Position numbers and translations under genes: made by a program. Of a stretch of DNA of 12,629 bases, positions 1 to 8,227 are shown piece after piece. Each line of letters begins with the position of its first letter. Positions within the stretch are counted from its first letter, which is position 1. This DNA is from Fidelibacterota bacterium (lineage in GTDB: Bacteria; Fidelibacterota; UBA2242): NCBI GenBank assembly GCA_049975265.1, contig JBNGDF010000045.1:3045-15673 (forward strand), given 5' to 3'. Under the pieces are notes generated by a model that searched no databases, had not been told where the DNA came from, and saw only the letters and a list, made by a program, of their open reading frames with translations.

Positions 1-971
1 AGATTGTGCAGAAACTCATCGGTATCCCAGCCGTTGAAGGGATCCCCCTGATTGATATCCAGACTTCCGAACAGTCCGGCGTCGCAGGCGGTCTGCACTT
101 CATGAGCAAAGGTATGTCCCGCCAGAGTGGCATGGTTATTCTCGATATTGATTTTAAAATCCTTATCCAGACCGTAGTGTCTCAGGAAACCGACGACCGT
201 AGCCACGTCATAGTCATACTGATGCTTGGTCGGTTCCATGGGTTTCGGTTCGATCAGAAAGGTGCCTTTGAAACCGGCGGCGCGACCGTAATCCCGGGCT
301 TTGGTCAGAAACATCGCCAGATGATCGATCTCACGCTTCATATTGGTGTTCAACAGGCTGTAATAGCCTTCGCGACCGCCCCAGAAAACGTAATTCTGTC
401 CGCCGAGTTCAATGGTGGCATCGATCGCCGCTTTTACCTGGGCGGCAACCTGGGGAATGACATTGAAATCGGGATTGGTGGCGGCGCCGTTGGTGTACCG
501 CTTATGGGAAAAGACATTCGCGGTGCCCCAGAGCAGTTTCACACCGGATTCCGCCTGTTTGGCTTTCGCCAGTTTTACCAGCTCTTTCAGATTCTTTTCG
601 GATTCCACCACATTTTTGCCTTCCGGTGCCATATCGCGGTCGTGAAAGCAGTAAAACGGGACGCCCAGTTTAGAGATAAACTCAAAAGCTGCATCCAGTT
701 TGTCTTTGGCAGCTTGCAGCGGGTCGCCGGCGGTATTCCAGGGGAAATCTATCGTACCCTCAGTACCGAAGATATCGGCTCCGTTATTACAGAGGGTATG
801 CCAGTAGGCAATGGCAAAGCGGAAATGGTCTTTCATGGTCTTGCCGGCAACGACTTTGTTCTCGTCGTAATACTTGAACGCCAGCGGGTTTTTCGACTCG
901 GGTCCTTCAAAAGGAATCTTGCCGATACCCTTGAAATACTCCTTCTTACCGATCGTTACATTAACAGACAT
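1..971 (-). CDS. xylA: Xylose isomerase, class II (3' end truncated by window edge)
   Basis: Not in the ORF track. Manual translation from ATG 971 gives [61 protein letters not shown]... and later [49 protein letters not shown] and GWDTDEF, all hallmark XylA motifs. SD AAGGAG lies upstream (tcctt at 981-985 on +). Confidence 0.97.
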   Translation of the reverse strand, partial: MSVNVTIGKKEYFKGIGKIPFEGPESKNPLAFKYYDENKVVAGKTMKDHFRFAIAYWHTLCNNGADIFGTEGTIDFPWNTAGDPLQAAKDKLDAAFEFISKLGVPFYCFHDRDMAPEGKNVVESEKNLKELVKLAKAKQAESGVKLLWGTANVFSHKRYTNGAATNPDFNVIPQVAAQVKAAIDATIELGGQNYVFWGGREGYYSLLNTNMKREIDHLAMFLTKARDYGRAAGFKGTFLIEPKPMEPTKHQYDYDVATVVGFLRHYGLDKDFKINIENNHATLAGHTFAHEVQTACDAGLFGSLDINQGDPFNGWDTDEFLHN

Positions 972-1025
972 AACTTAATCTCCTTCCAATTGTTTGTTTC
1001 ATCGTTACAATCTTAACACTCATTT

Positions 1026-2060
1026 TCAAAATTTAAATTTACTGACGGCATCGCAGAACGCCTGAATGTTTTCCGAACTGACCCCCGGCGGCATTCCACC
1101 GCCACAGGAGGGTATGATGCGCGTCTTATCGGTCAGCGCTTCCAGCATCTCCGCCGTAGCGCGCTGCACGTCGGCGGAACTGCCTGCCGCCATTACATCC
1201 CGGGGTGGAATATTCCCCATCAGGGTCACCCGATTACCGGTCAGTCGCTTCAGTTCATTCAGGGAAATATCGAAGCCCATATTGAAGAGATTGACACCCA
1301 TTTCGGGTAAAAAGGGCGCCGAGACTTTGCAGCTGGCGTCATTGTGCAAAAATTTTACCGAGACGTCAGCGTCGAAAAGTTCCTTGAAATAGGGTAATCC
1401 GAAGCGCCGAAACTCCGGTTCCCCGATAAACCCGATGATATCATCCAGCAGAAAAATACCGTCAATGGTAGGAAAGGTTGCCCGCTGCAGCTGCAGCCAC
1501 TTTTTCAAATATTCGGTTACTTTGCCCATTAAATCATCAACCGCATTAGGGGCTTCCATCATCGCCATCATGAACTCGGTGGTACCCATCAAAAAGCTGG
1601 CGACATTCAGGGGACCGCGGGCGACGGCAAAGCGGATTTTGTGCCCGGCGGCTTCGATTTTGGAACGGGTCAGTTTCAGACGGTTCAATACCAGCGGCGC
1701 GAGACCGTCGGTTTCGGGATCGGGTACCGCAACCTTTTGAATCTCCTCAACCGACGGAATGACCGGAAACGCATGGGGAAATTCGTTGGACGGAAAGCGG
1801 CAGCGCGCCCCAAATGCCGACGGTTCGGTGCACATCCCATACTCCGACCAGAATCCGGGGAGAAACAGCACATCCGGAAAATCGTTAATGGCTTTAAAAT
1901 TGGCGTTTAACCACAATTCTTCGCTGGTAAAATAATCGAGGATACTGATCCCGTACCAGTTCGGCAGCCAGGGACAGTCAATAATGAATGCCACCGGCAG
2001 CGATTTGAGCGGCTCGCCGCGGATAACTTCTAAAAGTGTCTCCCACTGTTTGTCATTCAT
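1026..2060 (-). CDS. Uroporphyrinogen decarboxylase (URO-D)/MtaA-CmuA methyltransferase superfamily protein, not a true HemE
   Basis: Start reassigned from 2237 to ATG 2060 (MNDKQWE..., 344 aa). This start has GGAG 7 nt upstream and overlaps the GH43 stop (ATGAATGA). Family motifs: EPSAFGA, RGPLNVASFLMGTTEFMMAM, IFLLDD, FLHND, LMGNIPP, IIPSCGGGMPPGVSSENIQAF. The HemE signature RQAGRYLPEY is absent. Confidence 0.85.
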   Translation of the reverse strand: MNDKQWETLLEVIRGEPLKSLPVAFIIDCPWLPNWYGISILDYFTSEELWLNANFKAINDFPDVLFLPGFWSEYGMCTEPSAFGARCRFPSNEFPHAFPVIPSVEEIQKVAVPDPETDGLAPLVLNRLKLTRSKIEAAGHKIRFAVARGPLNVASFLMGTTEFMMAMMEAPNAVDDLMGKVTEYLKKWLQLQRATFPTIDGIFLLDDIIGFIGEPEFRRFGLPYFKELFDADVSVKFLHNDASCKVSAPFLPEMGVNLFNMGFDISLNELKRLTGNRVTLMGNIPPRDVMAAGSSADVQRATAEMLEALTDKTRIIPSCGGGMPPGVSSENIQAFCDAVSKFKF

Positions 2061-3804
2061 CTGAAGACTCCAAATTTTCTCGCGGTGACCTGTACACCTC
2101 ATCATCACCCCGATATTCATACCAGTCGAACCAGGCGGATTGATCGGTTTCCGCCCCCAGTGATGTGGCATAGAGTGCGAACATACTTCCCACAAAGCCG
2201 CCGGCAACCCTTGTGGATAAAAACCGCCCGTCCACATTATCCGTTAAGAGCTGCCATTCACCCGGTGTAACGGCGTAGTAAAACGAATAGTCGGCACCAT
2301 CGGCAGCGATGCGCAACCGCAGAATTTGCCCGGCATTTTTCCCGTCGATCTTTTCCGATGCCAGCAATGTCATCGCCGGCAGACCCTCATTATCGTCATT
2401 CGACTTAAAGAGCTGGACAACCGGCACTTCGTCCTGCACCGATTTGCACAAAAAGTAGTAGTGGGTCTCATTCTGAAACGCCAGCAAACCGGCTTTTTCA
2501 TTCTCCCTTTGCGGCTGAAAATCCAGCGCCGCGGCGGCAACGGCTTTCAGATGCTGCTGGCGGCGTCCCAGAAAGGCGGGATTGCTCTTACCGGAGCAGG
2601 TTTCCGGCAGCAAACGCACTTTGACAAAACCGGGTCTGTCCGCCAGATCGTACCATTTCTGATGGGGCGTCCGTAAGAAGGTCCAGTGCGGGTCGAGCCG
2701 GGTGGAATCGAAATCATCCCGGAGAGTGAAATTACCGCTGTAAGGAACCTTTGCCTTTTTCGTCTTTTCGGGCAATGGCAGCGGATATCTGTACTGCACC
2801 TCCTCATAATCGGGATTGATGACAGGCCAACCATCGATCCACTTCACCGGTGCCAGAAAGGTTTCCCGACCGGTGTTGAAAAATCCTTCATATTCGGGCA
2901 GATAGGGACGGCACCCCAGAAACACCGCCCACCAGTCGCCGGTCGGCGTCATCACCAGATCGGCATGACCGGTACAGGTAATCGGATTGGGTCGGTTAGG
3001 GTCTAAATGACGTTGCGTCAGAATCGGATTTTTTTCATAAGGGGTATACGGTCCGGTGACATTCGCACTCCGAAAGACGACCTCAGAATGCTGCCAGGAG
3101 GTACCCCCTTCCGCACAAATCAGGTAGTAATAGCCATCTTTCCTGAAAATGTGAGGACCTTCGATCCAGATCGGCTGTTTGGAAATATCGGTGCCGCCAT
3201 TGACTAATATCATGTTGTCACCGGTCACTCTCAACCGCGCTTTGTCGAAAGAGAACAGCCGGATTGTGCGGTGTCCGTCATAAAGCGGCTGATTATCCGG
3301 CGCAATACTGTTGTAGACGAAATACGCCTGTCCGTCTTCATCGAAAAACAGTGACGGATCAATTCCGTTCACCTCCGGTTGCCAGACCGGATCGGACCAG
3401 GGACCGGCGGGGTCTTCGGAGGTCACTACAAAATTACCGCCGCCATCCACCAACGTACAGGTGACATAAAACACCCCGTCATGCCAGGCAATCGCCGGGG
3501 CAAATAGCCCTCTGGAGAGCCCCAATCCCTCCAGGTTCAGCTGCTCAGGGCGATCCATTACATGACCGAGCAGTTCCCAGTTCACCAGATCCCGGCTGTG
3601 AAAGACCGGAATGCCGGGGTAATAGCTAAAAGTGGAGTTGACCAGATAAAAATCATCACCGACCCGGCAGATACTCGGGTCCGGGTAAAATCCAGCCAGA
3701 ATCGGATTGGTAAAATATTGATCGGTTGCTGATTTCATCTTTTTCTCACTGCATGCAGACAGGAACAGGATTGCAATCAACATCATGGACATCATTCTGT
3801 TCAT
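2053..3804 (-). CDS. GH43 beta-xylosidase/alpha-L-arabinofuranosidase with C-terminal beta-sandwich domain; predicted lipoprotein
   Basis: NPILAGFYPDPSICRVGDDFYLVNSTFSYYPG, GIDPSLFFDEDG, WIEGPHIFRKDGYYYLICAEGGT and TGHADLV supply the GH43 Asp/Asp/Glu catalytic set. The C-terminal domain carries RDDFDS...GGFVG. Lipobox LSA-C follows a hydrophobic N-terminus. GGAG lies upstream of the ATG. Confidence 0.93.
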   Translation of the reverse strand: MNRMMSMMLIAILFLSACSEKKMKSATDQYFTNPILAGFYPDPSICRVGDDFYLVNSTFSYYPGIPVFHSRDLVNWELLGHVMDRPEQLNLEGLGLSRGLFAPAIAWHDGVFYVTCTLVDGGGNFVVTSEDPAGPWSDPVWQPEVNGIDPSLFFDEDGQAYFVYNSIAPDNQPLYDGHRTIRLFSFDKARLRVTGDNMILVNGGTDISKQPIWIEGPHIFRKDGYYYLICAEGGTSWQHSEVVFRSANVTGPYTPYEKNPILTQRHLDPNRPNPITCTGHADLVMTPTGDWWAVFLGCRPYLPEYEGFFNTGRETFLAPVKWIDGWPVINPDYEEVQYRYPLPLPEKTKKAKVPYSGNFTLRDDFDSTRLDPHWTFLRTPHQKWYDLADRPGFVKVRLLPETCSGKSNPAFLGRRQQHLKAVAAAALDFQPQRENEKAGLLAFQNETHYYFLCKSVQDEVPVVQLFKSNDDNEGLPAMTLLASEKIDGKNAGQILRLRIAADGADYSFYYAVTPGEWQLLTDNVDGRFLSTRVAGGFVGSMFALYATSLGAETDQSAWFDWYEYRGDDEVYRSPRENLESSDE

Positions 3805-3855
3805 CTGTGCAACTCCGTTACCTTATTCTCTCCTTTTCAACCAGTACCGGCACAC

Positions 3856-6819
3856 CTATTCCGGGTGGTTAACGACGCTTTCCGGCGGACCCAGATAGCT
3901 CGGTTTCAATCCGCCCCTGTCAATGATAATTTTCTGAAAGACAATTCCGGAGTCCACCAGCCAGATTTTCAAAACATGCTGACCCGCCCCGGCGACATGG
4001 TGGGTTGTCTGGACCTTCATCACTTTGTCCGTTACTGCCGTATTCCACCACTGCGGATACTTCCAGTCGGGCACATCGCACCCAGCATGCATGTTGACTA
4101 ATTGTGGCTCTTCATCATCAACGGAAATTCCGTAGACCAAGCCAGCGGTCTTTTTGAAATTCAGGGTAGGATTCAGATACAGCGTGATTTCGACATCTCC
4201 CCCTTCGAAAAGGGTAAAGTCGTATTCAAGTCCGGGGCTGTCATTCCCGATTTCCCAAGTTTCGATATTTACCGGACGGGCAATCACGGCGGAGTGGGTG
4301 CGCCCGAGATTGGGGATAATTTCCCAATGGATATCAGCATTGGAGACCGCCCGACTGTAATTGGCGGCATTGATGGATACGACGCCGTTGTTCTCCACAA
4401 ATCCCTTGGCAGCAAGGTTTTTAAAATTGTTGATCACCAGCCGGACCGGAATCTTTTGACCGGCACCTTCGACAAAAACAAGCCCCTCTGCTGTCTCTTG
4501 CGGTACTGCTTCCCAATCGATGCTCACCTCTATTCGATCTTCGAATGTCACCGTTCCGGATGTGGCGGAAACATTGATCCACTCTTTTTGCGGTTTGATG
4601 AGATATTCTACCGGTTTCCGGCTTTTATTAAAAATTTCAAGATAGTGTTTCTGGCGATTGATCGGGTCAAATTCCGGCAGAACGGCTTCAGCGGTATCGT
4701 TGGGAAACGCCGCACGCGAGCCTTCCACGGCAACGCCGATTGCCGGTTTCCGTCTGGGTTTCAGGCGGTATACCTTCGGCATGATATTCTTTTCCGGCTG
4801 GTCCCAGGATGTATAGCCGATATGCGTCTGTGCCATCATGCGATTCCATTTGCCACCGGCTAATTTTGTATGATAATCATCGGTCAGGGCGGCATCTTTC
4901 CGGAACAGTTCCGCCACCTTTTCGGCATATTTGTTCGTGGAAGCCCTGCCCTGCTGCTTGTAAAGACGGTTTTTACCGGCGGCGACATACATCTCGTTCA
5001 GGTTGGCACAGATTTCCACCGGAAAGAGAACCAGCTGGTAAAAGGCATCTTTATATTCAGCGCCGATCAATTCATAAATACTCTTCGACTCGGCGACCAG
5101 TTTGTTATAATCGGCGACAACGATTTCGACTTCGTTGTAATCGGTCAGGCTGTAAGTAAAGGGTGTCAACATTTCCGGAGTCCGGCGGGCATTATACTTC
5201 GTGTAGAGGGCAAGGATTTCGCCGATTTTCCCGGCGTATTCAGTCCCGAACTGCTGCGCCGCCCATTGGATATAATAACCGGGCAGGTCGGCGGGTTCGA
5301 TGGCTTCCGGATTCCAGGCGAAATCGAGGAAAAAGCTGATGGGCAACTCCATGGGTTTCAGATCGCCGACATTTACCAGCCACAGCTCCTTCGCGCCATA
5401 GCGGTAAGCAAGATTCATCTGTTCCCAGACCTTTTCGATCTGGGTCACATTCATCCAGCGGTAACTGACCGGACCGCCGACGAAATCGAAGTGATAGTAA
5501 ATCCCGAAACCGCCCTTGCGGGAACGCTCTTCCGGCTTGGGCAGCACCCGGATATTTCCCCAATTATCATCGCATAACAGCAGCATTACATCGTCGGGAA
5601 CGCGCATTCCTTTATCGTAATAATCCTGGACCTCTTTATACAGTGCCCAGACCTGGGGAGTATTTTCGGCAGGCTGACCGGTGACATCTGCGATAATGCG
5701 GCGCTGATCCCGGACGATCTTTTCCAGCAAATCTATCGCCGTTCCCTCCGTCATGGCTTCGTCGCCGTCGCCGCGCATCCCAATGGTAACGATGATTTCG
5801 TAATCTCCCATCCGTTCGATGCCTTCCTGCCAGAATCGGCGCAGAATATCGGCATTTTTTTCGTAATTCCAGGGACCGGTGCCGTAGCGTTCCCACTCCA
5901 CATGGGCGCGCATCATGGGCTCGTGGTGGGATGTCCCGATCACAATCCCGTATTCATCGGCTAACGGGGCATTCAGGGAATCGTCATCATAAAAGGCTTT
6001 GCCCCACATCGCCGGCCATAAAAAATTGCCTTTACAGCGCAGAATTAATTCGAAAACCTTTTCATAGAACAGATGGTTGAAACCGCCGAAGTTTTCCCGC
6101 ACCCAGGAGCCGAGTGCCGGTTCTTCATCGTTCAGAAAGATTCCGCGGTACCTGACCTTCGGTTCGCCGGAAAAGTACCGTCCGGGACGAATATAGACCG
6201 CCTCTTTCGGCATGACGGGCACATCCGCCCAGTAATACCAGGGGCTGACACCGATCCTCTCCGCAAGATCAAACATGCCGAACATCGTTCCGCGCTTGTT
6301 ACTGCCGATAATCACCAGAGCGTGGTCAATCCCCAGTAGTGGTTTTTCGACGGTTTCAATAAAAAATGCATCCCACTTGCCCTCGATCAGAGTTGCGGAT
6401 ATTTTGCCGTTTTCCACCAGATCATCTATATATTGGTTCTTTCCAATAGTCCCGATCAGGACTATTTCGCCGGAGGAGGGAATCTGATCCAGCAGCAGCT
6501 CCGGTTCGGCGCCGGTCACTTTCCGGATATCCGTCTGCAGGATTTCGGCAACTTTCAGCACACCGGGGAAATCATGGGCACTCAAGACAAGGGGTACCGT
6601 TTGACCGGCTCCCGCAAGTGTCAGGGCACCGGTGCATTTTTCAAAGGTAACATAGGATGATTCCGCCCCGGAAATAACAGATTCTCCGGACGCCGCCAGC
6701 GACAGATTGGCGATCACCAGGATCGTCATCAACCATTTTCCAATACCAATGATACGCCGGAAAATCGGGCTTTTTGATAAAAAAGCGGCTGTTCTGTACC
6801 GGGACACAGTTGAGTTCAT
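3856..6819 (-). CDS. GH115 xylan alpha-1,2-(4-O-methyl)glucuronidase, secreted or periplasmic
   Basis: GH115 motifs IGVSPWYYWADVP, YRGIFLNDE, KGNFLWPAMWG, GTSHHEPMMRA, GMRGDGDE, WALYKEVQDYY, DDNWGNIR, YYHFD, NVGDLKPME and C-terminal SYLGPPES. The N-terminal hydrophobic stretch (WLMTILVIANLSLA) resembles a signal peptide. The exact start is uncertain. Confidence 0.93.
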   Translation of the reverse strand: MNSTVSRYRTAAFLSKSPIFRRIIGIGKWLMTILVIANLSLAASGESVISGAESSYVTFEKCTGALTLAGAGQTVPLVLSAHDFPGVLKVAEILQTDIRKVTGAEPELLLDQIPSSGEIVLIGTIGKNQYIDDLVENGKISATLIEGKWDAFFIETVEKPLLGIDHALVIIGSNKRGTMFGMFDLAERIGVSPWYYWADVPVMPKEAVYIRPGRYFSGEPKVRYRGIFLNDEEPALGSWVRENFGGFNHLFYEKVFELILRCKGNFLWPAMWGKAFYDDDSLNAPLADEYGIVIGTSHHEPMMRAHVEWERYGTGPWNYEKNADILRRFWQEGIERMGDYEIIVTIGMRGDGDEAMTEGTAIDLLEKIVRDQRRIIADVTGQPAENTPQVWALYKEVQDYYDKGMRVPDDVMLLLCDDNWGNIRVLPKPEERSRKGGFGIYYHFDFVGGPVSYRWMNVTQIEKVWEQMNLAYRYGAKELWLVNVGDLKPMELPISFFLDFAWNPEAIEPADLPGYYIQWAAQQFGTEYAGKIGEILALYTKYNARRTPEMLTPFTYSLTDYNEVEIVVADYNKLVAESKSIYELIGAEYKDAFYQLVLFPVEICANLNEMYVAAGKNRLYKQQGRASTNKYAEKVAELFRKDAALTDDYHTKLAGGKWNRMMAQTHIGYTSWDQPEKNIMPKVYRLKPRRKPAIGVAVEGSRAAFPNDTAEAVLPEFDPINRQKHYLEIFNKSRKPVEYLIKPQKEWINVSATSGTVTFEDRIEVSIDWEAVPQETAEGLVFVEGAGQKIPVRLVINNFKNLAAKGFVENNGVVSINAANYSRAVSNADIHWEIIPNLGRTHSAVIARPVNIETWEIGNDSPGLEYDFTLFEGGDVEITLYLNPTLNFKKTAGLVYGISVDDEEPQLVNMHAGCDVPDWKYPQWWNTAVTDKVMKVQTTHHVAGAGQHVLKIWLVDSGIVFQKIIIDRGGLKPSYLGPPESVVNHPE

Positions 6820-6881
6820 GGTTTCGATTTCATCTCTTGTGTTGCATTCAGTAAGACTGTGTGATAATTAATTTGAACATA

Positions 6882-6897
6882 ATTGAACCGTTTCAAT
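6882..6897. promoter_or_regulatory. LacI-type operator O1 (ATTGAACCGTTTCAAT)
   Basis: 16-bp palindrome with central CG and 7 of 8 pairs matching. It overlaps the -10 and predicted start site of the GH115 promoter. Near-identical copies occur at 7147 and 8435. Confidence 0.85.
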
Positions 6898-6924
6898 ATT
6901 AACAATAATCTGGCTACTTGTCAA
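6896..6924 (-). promoter_or_regulatory. Sigma70-type promoter of the GH115-GH43-UROD-xylA operon
   Basis: Minus strand reads TTGACA (6924-6919), a 17-nt spacer, then TAATAT (6901-6896). Confidence 0.75.
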
Positions 6925-7146
6925 ATGGAAATCACAATTGTTTCCATTAAAAATATTTATTGTGCATTTTCTCATGATTTGCAGACCACCAAAAAGATCA
7001 TTCCCGATATAAACATGATCATCGGTGTCCACTATTTTCAAGATAAATAAAACGCTGGTTTGAAAAATATTTTAGTCCGGGGGGATTCAATCTGTATTTT
7101 TTTTATTGTTTTTTTCGCCCTTTGACAATATTTTTACTATTGAAGA

Positions 7147-7162
7147 ATTGAACCGTTTTAAT
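7147..7162. promoter_or_regulatory. LacI-type operator O2 (ATTGAACCGTTTTAAT), autoregulatory
   Basis: Differs from O1 at one base. Lies 33 nt upstream of the lacI ATG and just downstream of a TACTAT -10-like hexamer (7135-7140). Confidence 0.8.
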
Positions 7163-7195
7163 CAATTGATAACCGCAAGGGGAAAAGATTAATCC

Positions 7196-8227
7196 ATGAA
7201 AAAAATTACGATTGAAGATGTCGCCAAACGGGCAGGCGTCTCAAAAGGAACGGTTTCGGCAGTGATCAACGCGAAAAATACCGTCAAGCCTGCCACACGG
7301 GACAACATCCTGAAGATCATGAAAGAGATGAATTTTCGCCCCAAAGCCATGGCGCGCAAACTCAAAAACGGTGATCAGGAAAACGCGATCGGGATTATCA
7401 TTAAGGATTTGAATTATCCCTTCTACACCGCCATCGCCACCGGTGTCAGGGAGTACGCCGATAAAAAAGGTTATTCGGTCATCGTGACCAGTTCCGAAGA
7501 TTGTCATGAGCGTGAAAAAAAATTCACCCACCTGTTCTCCGCTATGAATATTAAAGGTTCGATCATCGCCCCTGTACTGGAAGGCACCTCTGAAATCGAA
7601 CATCTGTTTAAATTAAGAATGATTAACTACCCTTTCGTCCTGCTGGAGGATGTCAAGGGGATTCAGGCAAATGTTGTTACCATTGATAACCTGACAGCCA
7701 TCAAGGACGCCGTAAAATACCTGATCGACAACGGTCACACGAAAATTGTCCATTTCGCCGGACCGCCCCATTCGTCGCACACCCAGGAGCGAATCGCCGG
7801 TTTCCGGCATGCATTCAGTGAAAGCCCGTTGGTATTTCACAATGATCTGATTGTTCCCATGGGCTCACACTATGAACCGGTGTTGAAAAAAACTCTCGAT
7901 TACTTTAAAAATCTCGCACCGGATGATTACCCCACTGCGATTGTCTGTTACAATGACCAACAAGCCCTTGCTGTCATGACCGCCTTAAACCGATTGAAGA
8001 TTCTGGTCCCTGACCAAATTTCCATTATCGGCAATGACGATATTCATTACGCCAGCGTCTATCCGATTCCGTTGACCACTATTAAAGCGCCGCAACATGA
8101 AATCGGACGCAAAGCGGCGGAGATCCTGATCCGCAACATCGAATCCAATGTGCAGATTCCCATCGAAAGAGTCGTCTTGGAAACCGAATTGGTCATTCGA
8201 AAATCATCCAGGGTTCTAACCAGCTGA
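7196..8227 (+). CDS. LacI/GalR-family transcriptional regulator
   Basis: N-terminal HTH TIEDVAKRAGVSKGTVSAVIN, hinge RPKAMARKL, and effector-domain motifs IDNGHTKIVH, ERIAGF, PTAIVCYNDQQA, VPDQISIIGNDD, PLTTI, LVIRKSS. Purine-rich SD (AAGGGG) upstream. Confidence 0.96.
   Translation: MKKITIEDVAKRAGVSKGTVSAVINAKNTVKPATRDNILKIMKEMNFRPKAMARKLKNGDQENAIGIIIKDLNYPFYTAIATGVREYADKKGYSVIVTSSEDCHEREKKFTHLFSAMNIKGSIIAPVLEGTSEIEHLFKLRMINYPFVLLEDVKGIQANVVTIDNLTAIKDAVKYLIDNGHTKIVHFAGPPHSSHTQERIAGFRHAFSESPLVFHNDLIVPMGSHYEPVLKKTLDYFKNLAPDDYPTAIVCYNDQQALAVMTALNRLKILVPDQISIIGNDDIHYASVYPIPLTTIKAPQHEIGRKAAEILIRNIESNVQIPIERVVLETELVIRKSSRVLTS

Noticed and set aside
6..1016. 336-aa plus-strand ORF
   Set aside because: Antisense shadow of xylA, which has clear family motifs and an SD on the minus strand. 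The shadow has no recognisable motifs.
1026..2060. Annotation as hemE (heme biosynthesis)
   Set aside because: No RQAGRYLPEY signature and no tetrapyrrole gene context.
2061..2237. 59-aa N-terminal extension of the URO-D-like ORF in the ORF track
   Set aside because: It overlaps the GH43 C-terminus in another frame. ATG 2060 has an SD, a stop/start overlap and gives a family-typical length.
4102..5577. Plus-strand ORFs of 253 aa and 235 aa
   Set aside because: Antisense shadows of GH115 with no motifs or translation signals.
6996..7073. Short inverted repeats (GATCAT/ATGATC, TTTTCAA/TTGAAAA) in the divergent spacer
   Set aside because: Arms of 6-7 bp in very AT-rich DNA are expected by chance and do not recur elsewhere.
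7122..7127. TTGACA upstream of lacI as the -35 of its promoter
   Set aside because: Only 7 nt from TACTAT, and no good -10 at 16-18 nt spacing, so the lacI promoter cannot be defined confidently.
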